From the IMG/VR virus record IMGVR_UViG_3300047476_000597, positions 1-64,000 of that record: 64,000 bases of DNA. One strand, 5' to 3'. This DNA is from a virus. Shown here piece after piece: positions 61,586-64,000 of the stretch. The notes below the pieces were generated by a model that was not told the DNA's origin, made no database searches, and saw only the letters and a list, made by a program, of their open reading frames with translations. Numbering within the stretch: position 1 is the first letter of the stretch; every line of letters starts with the position of its first letter. Made by a program: the position numbers and the translations under genes.

Positions 61586-62212
61586 CTACAGACGTTCTAT
61601 CTTATACTCTAGCATCAGTTTCTCTATTACAGCTGGCATTCTATAGAAATGAGTACGGTCATATCGTATCATACGTAAACCAGCTGTACTACAGAATCTA
61701 TTCTTAGCTGCATCAGCTTTTTTTCTCTTCTCAGTAGCGTGAGAACTAACACCATCATATTCTATAACCAGGCCCAGAGTAGGTAGATAAAAATCGTACC
61801 GGTAATAACCATAGTCACTACTCTTATTATCCGCAAACTCTACCTCTCGGTACCACTCCACATTATACAACGACAGCTGGTTAATAATCTGCCATTCTGC
61901 AGCTGATGGTTGTGGTAGGTCTTTTCTAGGACATTGCCTATACGCTAGTTTCTTCTTCTCTTTCACTGCTACTGGTTTGCGTACAGCTGCCTGCCTCACA
62001 GGAGTAGCTACTACAGCTGGTGCAACAATCTTCTCTTCCTTCCTACCATATTCCGCACATACTAGTTTCCAAAAAAGATCATCTCTCCTCTTAAACTCTT
62101 CTTGTGTAATACCTTGCTCATACAGATAATACTCATGTGATCTCTTATTGTGTTGTAAGCTGTATAAAAACAGGTCTACTCTTCTCCATAGTTTTTCTAT
62201 AATATTCTTCAT
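61586..62212 (-). CDS. DUF559/Vsr-like endonuclease domain protein
   Basis: SAAEWQI..YRYDFYLP..VIEYDGVSSH..DAAKNRFC..MIRY; divergent promoter TACCTTTG at 62219-62226. Confidence 0.75.
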   Translation of the reverse strand: MKNIIEKLWRRVDLFLYSLQHNKRSHEYYLYEQGITQEEFKRRDDLFWKLVCAEYGRKEEKIVAPAVVATPVRQAAVRKPVAVKEKKKLAYRQCPRKDLPQPSAAEWQIINQLSLYNVEWYREVEFADNKSSDYGYYRYDFYLPTLGLVIEYDGVSSHATEKRKKADAAKNRFCSTAGLRMIRYDRTHFYRMPAVIEKLMLEYKIERL

Positions 62213-62289
62213 GTACAACAAAGGTAGAAAAATATTTTTGGTTTATAACAAACAACATTATACATTTGCTTTATTATAAAACTAAAACA

Positions 62290-62899
62290 ATGGCAACAAT
62301 AGATTTTAAAAAAACATTTGCTGAAAAAGCAGCTAGTGGAGAGGAGTTAACACCTGAAGAACTAGCGGAATTAAGAAAACGTCTAGATGAAGAAACTAGT
62401 CGTATGAGAGAAAAACTAGATGAGCTTACTGTACGTAAACAATATTTTGAAATAGCTGCTCTTATGGGTATTATTAAGGTAGAAGAGGTGCCAGGGTTAT
62501 TAGGACTAGAGATGCAAAAAAGAAAGATAGAAGCTATATGGGTACTCACACAGTTTGAACAAGGACAAGCTGCTGCTAGAAAAGAACTAGAAGAGCAGCA
62601 GAGCAGAAAAGAATCTCCTATAATCACAGACGGACAAACAAAATAGTATGGCACAGCTAACCAAAAAGATTCAAGAGATACAAAAAGATGAAGTGTTTAC
62701 AATACCAGAACAAGAAGGAGAGTATTGTAGAAAAGGTATGGTATATAGTAAAACCTATAGCTACTATGTAGCAGCTGACATAGCAGCACTAGTACTACCT
62801 AAGTTCTTGAACGAAGATACTATTGTAATACCAACAGGGCAGTACTTTAATACAGATCCCTCTTTTCCTGAAACAAAAGAAACTGAATACAAACAATAA
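62290..62899 (+). other. Two hypothetical CDS (62290..62646, 62648..62899); promoter TACATTTG at 62261-62268
   Basis: ORF track, start trimmed to ATG. Confidence 0.65.
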
Positions 62900-63261
62900 T
62901 GGCACAGGTCAATGTATGGAACCAAATAGTGAGGATGGAACTGGATGAGATAATCCGGTTCCAACTCTCTATGCACTGTACATTCAATAGTGTACACATA
63001 ACAGAAGGGGAGCTAGACGTATTGCTAGACATAACAAAAGCCGGTGATAGAGAGCTCAACATACTGTGCAAAGAGATGATAAAAACAGGTAGGTTTGCAT
63101 CACAGCAGTCTATCAGGAATACCATAGACTCTCTAGTAGCTAAGAAGCTGATAGTAAAAGCTAGGAATAACGGCAGTAGAAAAAGGGTATCACTAGCTAA
63201 GAACGTTGTTATTAATACTCAGGCACCTATACTAGTAGATATTAAGGTACTATGCAACTAA
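62899..63261 (+). CDS. Putative winged-helix DNA-binding protein
   Basis: ITEGELDVL..FASQQSIRNTIDSLVAKKLIVK. Confidence 0.55.
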   Translation: MAQVNVWNQIVRMELDEIIRFQLSMHCTFNSVHITEGELDVLLDITKAGDRELNILCKEMIKTGRFASQQSIRNTIDSLVAKKLIVKARNNGSRKRVSLAKNVVINTQAPILVDIKVLCN

Positions 63262-63650
63262 AAGAGCTTGTTAAACAATATGCTGCAGATAACAACATAC
63301 CAGAAGAAGATGCTCTGAGTATTGTGATAGGGATGTACAACAGTATCAAGATCTCTATGAACCGGTTAGAACACATCAGAATCAAGGTGCCAGGATTAGG
63401 AGTATTCTCTATGAAACACTGGAAGGCGCAGAAGGAGCTAGAGTCACTGATAAAAAGACGCAATAAGGTAGGGCCGGAACACAAACACTGGTACAATAAA
63501 GGGATAGAACTCATGAAACGTGCATCTGTTCTATCTACTAAAGAGGCTGAAAAAAAACAAGCATTCAAACTAAAGAAAAAACAATACAAAGATGAGCAAC
63601 TGGATACAGAAGCTGCAAACGGCCTGGAGATTGAGAAAAGAAATAGCTGA
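63252..63650 (+). CDS. HU/IHF-like DNA-binding protein
   Basis: LKELVKQYA..IPEEDA..IV..IKVPGLGVFSMK. Confidence 0.6.
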   Translation: MQLKELVKQYAADNNIPEEDALSIVIGMYNSIKISMNRLEHIRIKVPGLGVFSMKHWKAQKELESLIKRRNKVGPEHKHWYNKGIELMKRASVLSTKEAEKKQAFKLKKKQYKDEQLDTEAANGLEIEKRNS

Positions 63651-63951
63651 GGGCTTTCTTAATGTATACACATCGCATAGTGAAGATATACAAAAGACTA
63701 TAGACGAGAGGGTAGCTATATGTGAGAGTAATCAATGTGGTTATTACGATGCAGCTGGTACTGGAGATAACGTATTCCTAAAAGGACAGCCGGCATGTGG
63801 GTTATGTGGCTGTAATGTACCAGCTAAACCATCGTGCTTGTCCTGCACATGCACACTCAGAGACATAGGTAAGCTGCCTCTGTGGGAAGCAGTACTAACA
63901 CCAGAACAAGAAAAAGAACTAGATAACGCACAAAAAAATACTAATGGTTAG
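63592..63951 (+). CDS. Cys-rich (putative Zn-binding) protein
   Basis: RVAICESNQC..CGLCGC..K..CLSCTC..W. Confidence 0.7.
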   Translation: MSNWIQKLQTAWRLRKEIAEGFLNVYTSHSEDIQKTIDERVAICESNQCGYYDAAGTGDNVFLKGQPACGLCGCNVPAKPSCLSCTCTLRDIGKLPLWEAVLTPEQEKELDNAQKNTNG

Positions 63952-64000
63952 GTTCATAGAAGAAGGTCATAGCTATCTAGACAAAGACAACAACAAACTC
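63944..64000 (+). CDS. Partial CDS running off the window (MVRFIEEGHSYLD..), possibly a PD-(D/E)XK nuclease
   Basis: ATG overlapping the previous stop; F.EE.H.Y start pattern. Confidence 0.4.
   Translation, partial: MVRFIEEGHSYLDKDNNKL

Larger units (their letters stand above)
1..64000. mobile_element. Bacteriophage genome segment, probably crAss-like, Bacteroidetes host (replication/early region)
   Basis: Dense co-oriented small ORFs, phage replication and nucleotide metabolism genes, homing endonucleases, TAnnTTTG promoters, no host housekeeping operons. Confidence 0.9.

Overview
64 kb slice of a lytic dsDNA phage genome, most consistent with a large crAss-like (Crassvirales-type) or related Bacteroidetes phage. 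Evidence: Bacteroidetes-type TAnnTTTG promoters, A-rich Shine-Dalgarno-less starts, and a crAss-style primase/SSB/AAA/DnaB/PolA set. Positions 1-58.8 kb are almost entirely minus-strand early and replication genes: RecA, PD-(D/E)XK exonuclease, RuvC, split DarB-like methylase and helicase, UDG, Dcd, ThyX, primase, SSB, DnaB, PolA, a PRS/NAMPT NAD+ reconstitution pair, two homing endonucleases, a tmRNA and more than 80 small hypothetical ORFs. Transcription switches to the plus strand at about 59 kb. No structural genes, tRNAs or CRISPR arrays were seen. The most unusual signals are: (1) a HIP1-like, frame-independent over-representation of the palindrome CAGCTG; (2) three sequence-unrelated promoter plus kissing-loop RNA leaders, one of which precedes an ORF-less, heavily base-paired ~330-nt RNA candidate; (3) a DarB-like gene split into two genes, plus a free-standing 49-aa copy of its N-terminus; (4) a tmRNA with a 34-aa tag and a stand-alone EF-Tu domain-II-like protein. 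All family calls come from reading motifs by eye; no database search was run.
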